Below are positions 1-11,819 of a DNA stretch of 64,000 nt, piece after piece. The stretch is taken from NCBI GenBank assembly GCA_030167865.1, contig JALAGF010000679.1, positions 1 through 64,000 on the forward strand, written 5' to 3'. Position 1 is the stretch's first letter, and every line of letters starts with the position of its first letter. Source of the DNA: Craspedostauros australis (Eukaryota). Below the pieces are notes generated by a model, which was given only the letters and a program-made list of their open reading frames with translations, made no database searches and was not told the DNA's origin. A program made the position numbers and the translations under genes.

Positions 1-1675
1 AGAGGCAGGGTGACAATGGAGGCAGTGACGGAAACGAGCATGACACAACAAACTAAGCAGCAACCACGTGAGAAATAGATACACCTTTGAAGAATCTATT
101 ATGGATGTAGTGTGCTCATGATAGTTGGAACAAACGAGGAAGTACTGAATGGTTGATTTGTACCATAAGAAGAATGACATTGTGTGGGTAGTGGGAGAGT
201 AGAAGGAAGCACAAGTTGGCCATNACAATGAGGAATGTCCGGACAACACACACGATCAGGCNACAGGGTGTAAAAGTCAAAAATGGAGCCACGAATCTGG
301 GTTTTGCATAAATCAGGATGATTGTGCAAACAACTGACAGGAAGAATGCTGAAAGATGGCAAATTTTAAGTTTGGTTTTTGACTTTTGAACTGCTGATTA
401 TGGAAGAAACTGTTGTTGCCTTATCATGGGAAATGCAAAATTACCGCCTTCCCCCCTAGGGTAGTTCACCTCTGGATGCAGCCTCCCTGGTATCGCCGCG
501 GCCGTTGCTCTCGTTGTTGCTGCGACCTCCTGCGAGCGTTACTACTATGATGGCGACTTCTTGGATCATGATGTTGAGCGAAGCAACCAAAACTACACTG
601 GGGATTAGAGCGATGGGAAATGTCTCCCACATCTTGTCCAAGAACAAAAAGAAGCTGTCAATTGTTGAAGCCGGTTTTTCATCATTTTCTCTTTCTCTTG
701 TGTTTCATTTTGAATTTTGTGACCCGGACAAGACACTTCATGTTGCCGATGGCCTCCCGATGCGCTGCCAATGAGGGGGAAATTAAAAATGAATGGAAAA
801 TTTCGTGGCTCTCAACATGCTTGTTCGTCGGAGTCGCTGCCATGTGCCGATTGCTGCCCGAGACATGATTGAACAGCTCCGCGTCGATCGTTCGGGACAA
901 ACCTCCATCGGTAATCCCGGCGATGACGGCTGTCCTCGTGGTGGATAGTCGTGGAAAGGAGCGTGTCCAAACAGCGGACCACCAGGGTTGGACGGAAGAG
1001 AGTTCCTCCTTGTTTGTGTCGCCCTCACAATTTGGACTAAGGCGTGCCGAAAACCCCCACCTCGGCGATTTGCTGACAGGTGAACACAGGGAAGGTAAGC
1101 ACAGCCGCAACGACGCCATTGCATTACATGTATCGCACAGCGTGAGATGACCTGCACACCTGATACAAGCAACGAGTGCCCACAATCTACCATACTGGTC
1201 TGGTTGCTTCATACCTTCTGCGTTACATTAATACACTTTGTTACATATATTGGCCAGGAACGGAGGGACGATGATGGTGGCCCATCACCATTGTCATCAT
1301 TATCATGAACGTCGTTGTCGTCTTCATCGACACTGTTGTTGCAATGAAATCCACTATTCGCGATCTCCGCTGGCATCCGTGTTTTTGCTGCCCGCTGCTG
1401 TGCTTTTGTTACACTGTCGTCGTCGTCGTTGTCGCCGTTGTGTTTTGTGTGTTCGTAAAGCGCGTTCGCAGACTTTCACCACATGTTGGGGTGTTCTTGT
1501 TGTCGTCGTCTCACATTGAGCTCTCTCCCTCTCTCTCCCCACAGCTTTGCTACTCATGGCTGTCATGAAGTAGTTCCAGATACACTCTGCCCCCTTTCTC
1601 ACTTGTTCCCAACTATCCCATCAAAAAATTGCGTGGTGTTGTGCAGAACAACTGCAAAACCACGATCTTCGTTGC

Positions 1676-3027
1676 TTATTGTAAACAACGAATGGCTTGG
1701 TACCCATGCGGCACCAGCTGCTGCGGTTTGACATTCAGCTTGCGCTGCGCTGCCTTCTCCCATTTCTGCGCCAAGAGGTACTTCTTTTGGCAGGCCGTGA
1801 ACTGTTCCGCCAGTTGGACCTGCATCGCAATGGTCTTTTGAACTTTGGACTCATCCCTTTGCTTTTGCGACTTGTGCCTCAGCGCAAAGCATCGCTTGTA
1901 CGCAATGCGGTATTGAATCCGTTTGTAGCGGCACAGAGATTCCCACGTGCAGACGAGGAGGTGGATGCTGGCAACGATTGTGTTGGCGTCCTTGTCGTCC
2001 TCGTCGTTGTTGTTCTTGTTGTTTGATTTCGAGTTGTTGCTGCTATTTGTATTGGAATCGTAGGCTTGTGCTTGATTCTCCTTATTGTTGGATTTGGTGG
2101 CGATAGTTTGCAACACGAGGCAATGGAGGTAGTCTTGACATCGCTTGAGGACGGCAAAGAAACGCTCCATGTCCAAATTGCGCTGCAGCTCGTCGACACT
2201 GCATGATTTTAATGTGGTGGACAGAACGATGGGAGGCGGACAGTAATGCATGTTGAGTAAAAGTGGCGAGCGAAATGTCGAGTGACGTGTGGTCGCATCC
2301 AATCCTCTCCTCCGCCCGATTGCCAATCGATGTCCGCTCAGTCGTTCATTCATTCATGCACGTCGTCGCCGAAATTTCGACACGACAGCATGCGCACACA
2401 TACATACCTTGGTTTGGGAATGCCGGATTGTTGAAGGAGATTGAGCAATGCCTTGATGGAGCCGACAAGGGCATGATGCGCCGTCTTGAGTTCGCAATCC
2501 AATTTGCTGCGTTTGGGTTTTGAGAAAGGAAGTGGCGAGATGGGCGGCGTTCTGCTGGTGCCGGCGGAGAAGTATTGCTTTTGCAACGTCGGCGAGATCA
2601 TGGATTGGCGTTTGTATGCGGAGGAGTGGTCGGCACTGCTGCTGCTGCAGTGTTGTTGGTGTTGGCGATGATGATGATGGGTGGCATGATGAGAATCATT
2701 CTCGCTTGCGTCATCGTGCGAGTAGGAATAGCTGTGGGATGAGGAGGCTTCGATTGCTGCCGATGCGGAGCCTGCCATGATCAATGGACCTTCTGCTGCG
2801 CAGTCATCATCGTCGCAATCCCAAGACATGAATGAAGGCAGCCAGGATGCAGAGGCCACCGTGCTTGCGACGGAGCTGTCATCATCCAGGCTGTACTGCT
2901 GCTTGTTGCCATTACTGCTGCTGCTGCCATTGCTGCTGATGTTGCTGCCCGAAGAGGTGGCCTTGGTGCTGGAGGCGCAGTGATGCGATCTGACGGTGTC
3001 ATGCTGCCGAAAGATGGATGGAGCCAT
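1676..3027 (-). CDS. Hypothetical protein, 2 exons (3027-2408, 2198-1676), ~380 aa; low-complexity N-terminus, helical/coiled-coil C-terminus
   Basis: ORFs 2350..3060 and 1676..2353 join in frame through a GTATGT...TGCAG intron (2407-2199; AG|T = Ser, giving PKPSVDELQ). The start ATG is uncertain. Confidence 0.6.
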
Positions 3028-4918
3028 TTGGGAAGAGTATTGTTCACGACTGAATGTCAAGTCAATGGTGCTTATTCAGGAAGGTATGACACGTCGCTGT
3101 CCTTGCCGTCCGCAAGCTTGTGTGCCAACCTTGTGATGTTGCTGATGTATAATAAAATAGTAGAACAGTCAGTCTAGTTTGTATGGAAGTGTGGTGTCAT
3201 GTGATGTGATGTGGTCGAAGAGAGCGTGATGACGTCGGCTTGTCCTGTGCCTGTACAGCTCTGCACCTGCTTCCGTTTTCACTCCACCCCTGTCTGTCCC
3301 AGAACTCGGGAGACTTTAGCCCTGGACACTGTGCGTGAAAGAGAACGAACCACAGGAGAGGCCCTGTGTTCTGCTCGAAACGCTCCTGGAAGTTCCAGCC
3401 CCTGCTTTCTCTTTCAACACGACTGTTCAGATGCGAAGCTGCGCGATGCTCGTGCGAGCTGCGATGAAGCGTGATGCTGTGTTTTGCGAGTATTGTATTA
3501 CTTGATGCCTTTGTGTGAGATCAAATGAGAAGAGGTGTGATGAACAGGTGTGGGAAAGTGTGGCTGAAAGAGTTCTTCCAACCACTCTCAGTGAGGTTGT
3601 GTGTGCAAGTGTTGATTTGTTTGGTGTTATTTTATGCTGTTCAGCATCGTTTCGTGTGGTTTGGCGTGGTTTTGTGTCTGGTTTGCTGACTGGTGTGTGT
3701 GCGAATGTGTGTGTCATGTCGTACTGGCAGACATGGCGTACACAATTACTCGGACACGTGGCCAACACAACGGTGTGTTTGTCCATCACTGTATTGTTGC
3801 GCGTGTTTGTTCGTAGTTTGTGCCTTCCTTCTCCGCTATTTTCTCACAGGAAAGGCCTTCGTTGCCTTCTCTTCTTACGCACAACCACCAACCACAGTTG
3901 CGAGCTGCTGTCGACTGCACAGTTCACAACACATGCATCGGACACCGAGACACACAAGAGCGCAACCAGATACACGGCATTCCCTCGCGTTCCATCCTTT
4001 CGCGTGTGTTTGATTGGCTGAATTGACATTTGCCCACCTGGCGCGTGCCTTCTGTGTTGGCGAAATGGCGATAGGAAGTTTTGTTTTTCGCGTCCGACCG
4101 TGGCAAAGCACCAACCACGCAGCACGGACGAACTCGGCTCCCACACCAAACAACGCGAGGGAAATCTAAATTCGTTCATGACCAGCAATTCGGGAGCGTT
4201 CCACATCCTCACGGACAAACTTCGCTGTCGCAATTCAGCGATCAGCATGACTCGTGTGCATGATCCAGTCCGGTCAGATTGATCAATCAACATGTGATTA
4301 GAATGACTACAATAAGTACATGTATAGCTTCTCAATGATGCTCATTCTTCCACCAACTCAGTCCGATGAATCGCACCAACGATGGCTGAGGAACATGAAT
4401 GGGGTTGTTCTTTTTCGCCACTCTGTCGTTCTCCGTTGACATCATGAGTCACTCGCGCGGTCCATGCATCTGCGCGCACACGGCAAGGTAGCAAGAGAAG
4501 GGCAAGACAACCCCAAACACGCAGCCGCACAACGCGGCAGGTTGTGGACAGCGCAAGCCTGACACACGCCATGTCATCCCACCTTTCGAATTGCTCTGAA
4601 GGCACCTCACACATCCCAACCTCAACGTCAACCTCAACGTCGACGTCAACATCGGTCTTTTGGCAACAACGAGCAATCACAATTCACAAGGTTCATTGAT
4701 TGATTTGCTAACTCCAAGGCAAGAGAGAGACAGAGAGAGTGAGGAAGGTGCCAACCAAGAGTTCCACTTTGACGTTCACTTGCGTTCATCCCGCTCATCT
4801 GATCTTGCTGGATTGATTTGATCCCTCCAACCCATCATCTGCAACAGCACCGCACAATAGCAAAGCACAACAGCACAATAGCACCAACCAAGAAAAACAA
4901 GACAAACAAGAAGAGACA

Positions 4919-7900
4919 ATGTCCTCCAGCGGCCGGCTTTTCCGTACAGTGCAGCGCCTCAGGCAGCGGGCGCACCACCATATTAACAGCGCCAACGCCA
5001 ATGGCAGCAGCAGAGCAAGATCAGGACACAGTTCCTTCGCATTGCGCCATAATGCGCTGAGCACGAACGGGCCATTGCAGCTGCGCGCTCTGTCCGCCCA
5101 ATCCGTGTCAGTGACATCTCCGGTGACGTCTCCCTTGGCATCATCGTCTTCCTCCTTCTCCACAGCGGCCATCCGCACCATCGCCTCCACCCAGAATGAC
5201 CGCGCGGCCAGCCAATGGCAGCGCAGACGCATGCGCCAATCCAGGCGGACCTTCTCCATCCACGTGCCGGGTCAGGACGAAGCGGAAAGAAGGCGCAGGC
5301 GGTCGCAGAAGGATCAGGACCTCATCCTCACGGCCGCGCAATTCCCACCCCACCTGCAGACGATGCAGGCCTCGCTGGCCCAGCTCCTGGACGCCTACTT
5401 CATGGCCGCCGGTCCCAAGATCCCGAAGGGCTTCGAGAACTTCTTCCCCAAGAACAAGAAGGGAGACGCCGAAGGCCCCGACGGCAGCGACGCACCGTCC
5501 GGCTCATCTTCGTCAACGCCCAAGGAGACCAAGGAAGGCGAGCCTCGCAAGATCGACCTCAAGGGCAGCACCTTCCAGTCCTCCAACAACGCCAAGAACA
5601 AGAGCGGCGGGGGCAACAAGAACAAGAACAACAACAATAGACCGCCGTTCAACGATGACCAGCAGACCATCTCCAGCCTCCTCATGATGCTCGTCTTTGT
5701 GGTCATCGCCAGGCAGTTCATTTCAGAGTCCGAGGGTGGCGAATTCTCCAAGAACGGACAGGAGATCAACTACGTGCAGTTCCGCAACGAGCTCCTGGAT
5801 GCCGGCCAGGTGGAGAAGATCCAGGTCGTCAACAAGAACATCGCCAGGGTCATTCTGCATCCAGGATCCAAGGGCATCTCCTCCAGATCGTCAGCATCCA
5901 CGTCTGGCTCCTCTCCATTCACCACCTTCTCCAACGGTGCCATGAACCACAACGCCAACGGCCACCACGATTCCGACCAGACCTCCATGGACTTTTCGGG
6001 ATCCTCGTCCACCACCTTCGATGGCTCCTCGTCGTCCAGCCGCGCCTCATCTGCCGCGCGTGCTCCCGTCTACCACTTCCACATCGGCAGCGTCGACTCC
6101 TTCGAGGAGAAGCTCTCCAAAGCGCAAGATCACATCGATCCGAAGGAGTGGGTGCCAGTGCAGTACATCAACGAGGTCAACCTCGTCAACGAGTTCGTGC
6201 AGATCCTCCCCACCCTCCTCTTCATCGGAACCATATTCTTCGTCGGGCGCAACCTCATGCGCGGTGGCGTCGGAGGTGCCGGCGGAGCGGGCGGCGGCGG
6301 CATCTTCTCCATGGGCAAGTCCACCGCCAAGAAGATCGACGCCGAAACCGTCAACATCAATTTCTCAGACGTCGCAGGATGTCAGGAGGCCAAGCGAGAG
6401 ATCATGGAATTCGTGGACTTCCTCAAGGACGCCTCGCGATTCACCAAGCTCGGTGCCAAAATTCCAAAGGGTGCTCTGCTGTGCGGACCGCCAGGAACGG
6501 GAAAGACCCTGCTGGCCAAGGCCGTGGCAGGCGAAGCCGGTGTGCCGTTCTACAGTATTTCGGGATCGGACTTCATCGGTGCGTTTCGTCGATGGATGGA
6601 TGGATGGAATTTCCGCAATCATTGTATTGCCTGCCATATTCATGTGTTGGCTGCATGATACTCCTACTCTATTCTGTCTCACGCTGACTTTCATTCCCAC
6701 ACTGTCACATTAACACGCCACGCCCATTTTTACAACGACGTGATATTCAGAAATGTTCGTCGGTGTGGGTCCATCCCGAGTGCGCGACCTCTTCAAGGAG
6801 GCGCGCCAAAATTCACCATGCATCGTGTTCATCGACGAGATCGATGCCGTCGGACGACAGAGAGGACGCGGTGGCATGTCGGGGGGTAACGACGAACGCG
6901 AAAACACCCTCAATCAATTGCTGGTCGAGATGGATGGTTTCACCCCATCCACCGGCGTCGTCGTCCTCGGTGGTACCAACAGAATCGATATTCTCGATCA
7001 GGCCCTCACGCGTCCTGGACGTTTCGATCGTCAAATCACCGTCGACCGTCCGGATCTGCAGGGACGCAAGGAGATCTTCCATGTCCACCTCAAAGGCATC
7101 ACGCTCGAAGGCGAGGCCGACGAATACGCCGGTCGTCTCGCTGGCCTCACTCCTGGTTTTGCTGGAGCCGATATTGCCAACATCTGCAACGAAGCCGCCA
7201 TCGTGGCTGCGCGCCGCAAGGCAGAAACGGTGACGCTGGAGGACTTTGAGAAGGCCACGGATCGCATCATCGGTGGCTTGGAGAGCAACAAGCTCATGAG
7301 CAAGCACGAGCGTGAAATCGTCGCCCATCACGAGGCGGGCCACGCCGTCGCCGGCTGGTTCCTCGAGCACGCTGATCCCTTGCTCAAGGTCACCATCATT
7401 CCACGAACCAGCGGTGCCCTTGGTTTCGCTCAGTACCTGCCAAAAGAGGTCTTTCTCCGCACGCAGGACCAGATCATGGACATTGTGTGCATGGCGCTGG
7501 CCGGACGTGCCGCCGAGGAGGTCTTCTTCGGACGCGTCACGACGGGTGCATCTGACGATTTGAAGCGCGTCACGCAGCTCGTGTACAGCACCATCCAGAC
7601 GTACGGAATGAACTCCCGCGTTGGACAGCTGGCGTTCCAAAAGCAGGAAGGCGAATTCGAGAAGCCATACTCGGAGGCCACCGCGGAGGCCATGGACGAC
7701 GAGGCTCGCACCATCGTCAATGAGGCCTACCAGCGCACCGTCGATCTCATCCGCGAACGCAAGGATGAGGTGGACAAGATCGCGAAGCTGCTGCTCGAGA
7801 AGGAAACCATCACGCATGATGACATGATCGACACTATCGGCGAGCGACCATTCGAGGGTGACGCGCAATACAAGGAGTACGTCAGCCACAGATTCGAAGT

Positions 7901-8012
7901 GAACAGGAAAGCGGCCGAAGCAGCAGCAGCAGCAGCAGCTGCCAAGGAGGAAGGATCGACGACGGATGAAAGCGACGCTATTGACCCACCACTGACACCT
8001 GGATTGAGCTAG
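4919..8012 (+). CDS. AFG3: Mitochondrial m-AAA ATP-dependent zinc metalloprotease (AFG3/paraplegin/FtsH3-10-like), exons 4919-6578 and 6751-8012, ~973 aa
   Basis: Arg/Ser-rich mitochondrial-type presequence, PKGFENFFP motif, two TM helices, Walker A GPPGTGKT, Walker B VFIDEID, SRH ([10 protein letters not shown]), HEAGH zinc motif. A GT-AG intron at 6579-6750 restores SDFIEMFVG. Confidence 0.93.
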
Positions 8013-8506
8013 AGCGAGAGACGGAGCAGACATGCGCAACAATTGACGCGTTTCACTGTCTTTCTCCCATGAACACAGATCCATGCATTTTTATCTTGAC
8101 GGAAGAAACCGCAAACCAATTAATCAATCAACCATCCAAGCAACAAGCAAGCACACGCATAAATTGACACAAATGTTTGATTCGTTAGCTGCTGTTTGGA
8201 GTGTTGCAAGCTGTTGTTTCGTTTGTTGAGGGTGAAGGTGCAGTTGTTGGCAGGTGAAATCATGTCCGCTGCCAACGCGCGAGCGTGTGGGTACCACTGC
8301 GCAAGATTTGGCGCCAGCTGTGGCGGCGCGAACGTTCTCTCCACCGAGTCGAATTTGCGGATCCTGGACGTGCGTTGTCTTCTCATTTGGCGGACTGTTG
8401 GCGATTTGGGGTGAGCCAAATCGTGATGCCCCCAACGAAGACTACCGCATGTGATGACACATCATTTCTCCACAAGGGAGCTTGTCACAAGCAACGCCGA
8501 CACCAA

Positions 8507-8532
8507 GAGAGAGAGAGAGAGAGAGAGAGAGA
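8507..8532. repeat. (GA)13 microsatellite
   Basis: Read directly from the sequence. Confidence 0.9.
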
Positions 8533-8686
8533 ATAATCGTTGGAGCACCCGCTTTATCTAGCAACAGCAGGATCATAAGGGCGACCACTGCTGTCGGCAC
8601 AAATAAGGTGCAAGGAAGTGAGCAAGCAGCAAGTATTGAATACTGGAGGGTCTTGACTTGCTCGCCCCAACTCTCCACAAAACAGA

Positions 8687-8735
8687 CCAGCAACCAGCAA
8701 CCAGCAAGCAGCAACCAGCAACCAGCAACCAGCAA
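8687..8735 (+). repeat. 7-bp tandem repeat (CCAGCAA)x7, one variant unit, ending just upstream of the ATG at 8750
   Basis: Read directly from the sequence. Confidence 0.9.
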
Positions 8736-8749
8736 CTAACAGCAGCACC

Positions 8750-9232
8750 ATGTCGTCCACCACAGCCGAAGGACGCAAGGAAAAGAAGAAGATGGGATTC
8801 CCATTCTGCTGCTTCTATCCAGCATCCTTGCCCGACGACTTCTACGAGAACAAGTACGGCGCCGTGCTGTTCGGCGAAGACGCCATCCCGAGTTCCTTGA
8901 TCCAACGCAACGTCCGAACGACCGGGCACATCACGATATACAAGCGAACCGAGGACAGCACCGCCGTGGGCATCACAGAGGAGCGATTCCTGCTGTTCTA
9001 TGGACCAGCCTCCATGGAAAGGATCAACGCGACATGGTCCAATCCGAATCTCGGGCAAGTGGAGTTCAGCATCGTGACGAAGAAGGACATTGATCAGCTC
9101 TCGATCAAGTACGACGTCGGTTTGTTCAACAGCCGTTATGCCGGCAAGCTGCATTTCATCTTGGAATTGGACGATCCTCATCAGTGCCTTTCGTTGATAC
9201 AGCAGCAGCTGGCGAAGCATGGTGGTGTATGA
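8750..9232 (+). CDS. Hypothetical 160-aa beta-rich protein (paralogue A of a tandem pair)
   Basis: Intronless ORF with coding-like codon usage and an AT-rich 3' flank; aligns by eye over its whole length with 9839..10324. Confidence 0.8.
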   Translation: MSSTTAEGRKEKKKMGFPFCCFYPASLPDDFYENKYGAVLFGEDAIPSSLIQRNVRTTGHITIYKRTEDSTAVGITEERFLLFYGPASMERINATWSNPNLGQVEFSIVTKKDIDQLSIKYDVGLFNSRYAGKLHFILELDDPHQCLSLIQQQLAKHGGV

Positions 9233-9838
9233 AATAGGTCGTACGAGTAGGCAAGGAAACGCAATAAGAGATCCTGCTGGAATCGAGATGCGAACCTATG
9301 AATTATGTTGGTGGTTGTGACAATCAACGAGGAAAGCAGAAGATTGTATTATAATACTCTGTTACATATAATGATATTCTATGTTATGATTCAATTTGCT
9401 CTAGCTTATCATATCATACGATAATAGGATTGCACGATGCATTCCCTTACTTCTTCGGATCAATTATTCAATATTATCATACGATCAAGGGCGCCTTTGG
9501 TGGATTGGGACGAGGACTTCCAGATTGCCTTGGCGTGATTCAACTAGCCAGAACAAGGTTCTCGTTGATGAGAGTGGCCGTTGCAAATGACAACTCGTTC
9601 GGGTTTCTCCAAATCGAAGCAGTAGCCGAAGTTGCAAGGCAGGCATCTGGAGTGGCAGTAACAGTAACAGTAACAGTCACAAACGCACACAAGAAGCAAA
9701 AAGAACACAATCGCACAAGTACGACTGCAGAATACGAGAAAAATACCTTCGACGCGAATCGCCACAACCACAACCACATCCATACCCACAACTAAATCCA
9801 TACCCACAACCAAATCCACAACCACCGCCAGAAGCAGT

Positions 9839-10324
9839 ATGAGCGATAGCAGCAAACCAAAACAAGCGTTCTCGGGCTGTTGCCGCGCGGCAGCCACGGT
9901 GCCTGACGAGGCATTCACATCACATGGATCCATGCTGTTCTCGAATGAGGCCATCCCGACCACCATCATCAAACGCAACTTCCGCTCCCCGACTCAGAAC
10001 TCATCGTACAAGTCTTCCACGACGACATCCGCAATTGCCGTCACGACCCAACGCCTCCTCGTGTACGTGGGGTCAAGGTGCAGCAAATTCGTGGATGCGC
10101 CATGGAGCGAAAGCAGGCTGCGCAAGATCCAATTCGAATTGCAAAGCAACGACACGCACCTGTCCATGCAATGGGACGCGAGCTTGTTCGTTCCCGAGTG
10201 GTCCGGCACGTTGCAAATCATTCTGAAATTTGAAGGTCACGACGCTGCAAAGAAATGCATGTCGATCATCGAAGAACGCCTGGCAGCAGCTCGTGACGAG
10301 GAAGCGTTGGAGATGGAGGCCTGA
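9839..10324 (+). CDS. Hypothetical 161-aa beta-rich protein (paralogue B of a tandem pair)
   Basis: Shared blocks with paralogue A: GSMLFSNEAIPTTIIKRN / GAVLFGEDAIPSSLIQRN; AIAVTTQRLLVY / AVGITEERFLLF; LSMQWDASLF..WSGTL / LSIKYDVGLF..YAGKL. Confidence 0.8.
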   Translation: MSDSSKPKQAFSGCCRAAATVPDEAFTSHGSMLFSNEAIPTTIIKRNFRSPTQNSSYKSSTTTSAIAVTTQRLLVYVGSRCSKFVDAPWSESRLRKIQFELQSNDTHLSMQWDASLFVPEWSGTLQIILKFEGHDAAKKCMSIIEERLAAARDEEALEMEA

Positions 10325-11819
10325 TGGTGCACAGATACGAACTGCACGCGGTTGCATGCACGAGTACGATTACGATTACGAGTACGAGGAGTGATATGTG
10401 GAGTGGTGTGATTTGTATCATATGTATGGCAGGTGTGGGCGCTTCGAGTATGGATGATGCAGCAGGAGTGCTGCCAGTTGCCTCCCATCGACCAAATTCG
10501 ACACTGAGGATCGTGCTTTTGAGAAGAGGAAGAAACGAACAGAATTGAGAACACTAGATCGTATAATAAATTAATACATAGTTATGCCGTAGCTTCCACT
10601 AGCACAACACGTTTGCAGAAGACGTTTTCAGTACTATTCCGATCCAACAGTACCATGTAAAAAGAGGTGTTGAATGTGGACGTCGATGACAACCAAGAGG
10701 TCTATTTTTGGAGTTGACGTTGAAAAGAAACTCCATCTTTTTTGGTTGTGTGGCGGGAGTTGCTCCGCACACGAAAAAGCCGCAACCAGTGAGCGGTTGC
10801 CATTTTCTTGGCGCGGGTTCTCGTGGAGGCAATACCAGATTGTACGGCAGTTCATAAACAGTCGGTACAGCAACATAAGGTGGACACGACACACGACATT
10901 AACGGGCGATAAGAAAACAAATAAAGAGACGAGAACTGCGTGTCTTCTGCCTTATTTGACGTGCTGGACGCCCTTATCAACAGGTGCATAAGAAGACGGA
11001 GGGAAAGTGATTGTTGTGAGCACAACACAACAAGGAAAGCAATCCCCCCATCACTAATCCGGGGGCTCACTTATCGACTCAGCTTTGTCAACATCCCATT
11101 CCGCTGTTCATCCGGTCGCAACTTGTGGGTAAGTGGGCGTTCCATCACGAGTCCTCCATTGCATTCATTAGAGGAGCATTGGTACGGACACGAATGCCAA
11201 TACAGCAGACTACTGGGCGGCCTTCCGCCATGGTTTGATCACGATCTCTGCGTGTCTTTGTTCGGGTTGGGGTGTCTATGTTGCGGGTGAACATCGTGCC
11301 ATGCACATCATGCCATGAACAGCATGTGATGGGCACCATGTGATGGGCACCATGTTTGCGACCATCTCGTCCGCAGTGTCGCCAGCACGCAGGAATCTAT
11401 GAAAGCATGCTTGCGCACACGCATGGATGTCATCATGTCATCATCCCATGATGCAGAACCACCATGATGGGCACGCTGCCACCATGGTGCTCGGCAACGA
11501 GAAGGCTTTGCGGAAGGCCGCACTTCCGGCTCATTCATGCACAATCACACTCGTGCTCACATTCGTACTTGCATTCGTACTTGCACTGACCTGATTGTTC
11601 ACATGAACCAACGGACATGCCAACTCACAATTCGATTTCTCATCACTCTCCCATGCTGACAATGGCCATGCTGACAATGACCATGACGATGATCTGCCTT
11701 GCGATGCTCACCATCGACGCCAACAGCACTGACATCAGCACATCCATCAGCACATCAATCGACACATCGACAGACAGACAAACAAGCACAAGTACCACCA
11801 CCACCACCACTAACGCATC

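Noticed and set aside
770-800. GAGGGGGAAA purine tract resembling an LTR retrotransposon PPT
   Set aside because: No adjacent TG...CA LTR, no second LTR copy and no gag/pol motifs.
3200-4800. Many overlapping Cys/Val-rich short ORFs
   Set aside because: They derive from TG/CA-rich low-complexity intergenic DNA, with no codon bias or domains.
5270-5360. Possible extra intron in the AFG3 N-terminus
   Set aside because: The frame is open through it and the donor is weak; it is not needed for the gene model.
8687-8735. Short repeats considered as CRISPR or telomeric arrays
   Set aside because: No unique spacers, no cas genes and not a TTAGGG-type unit; ordinary tandem repeats.
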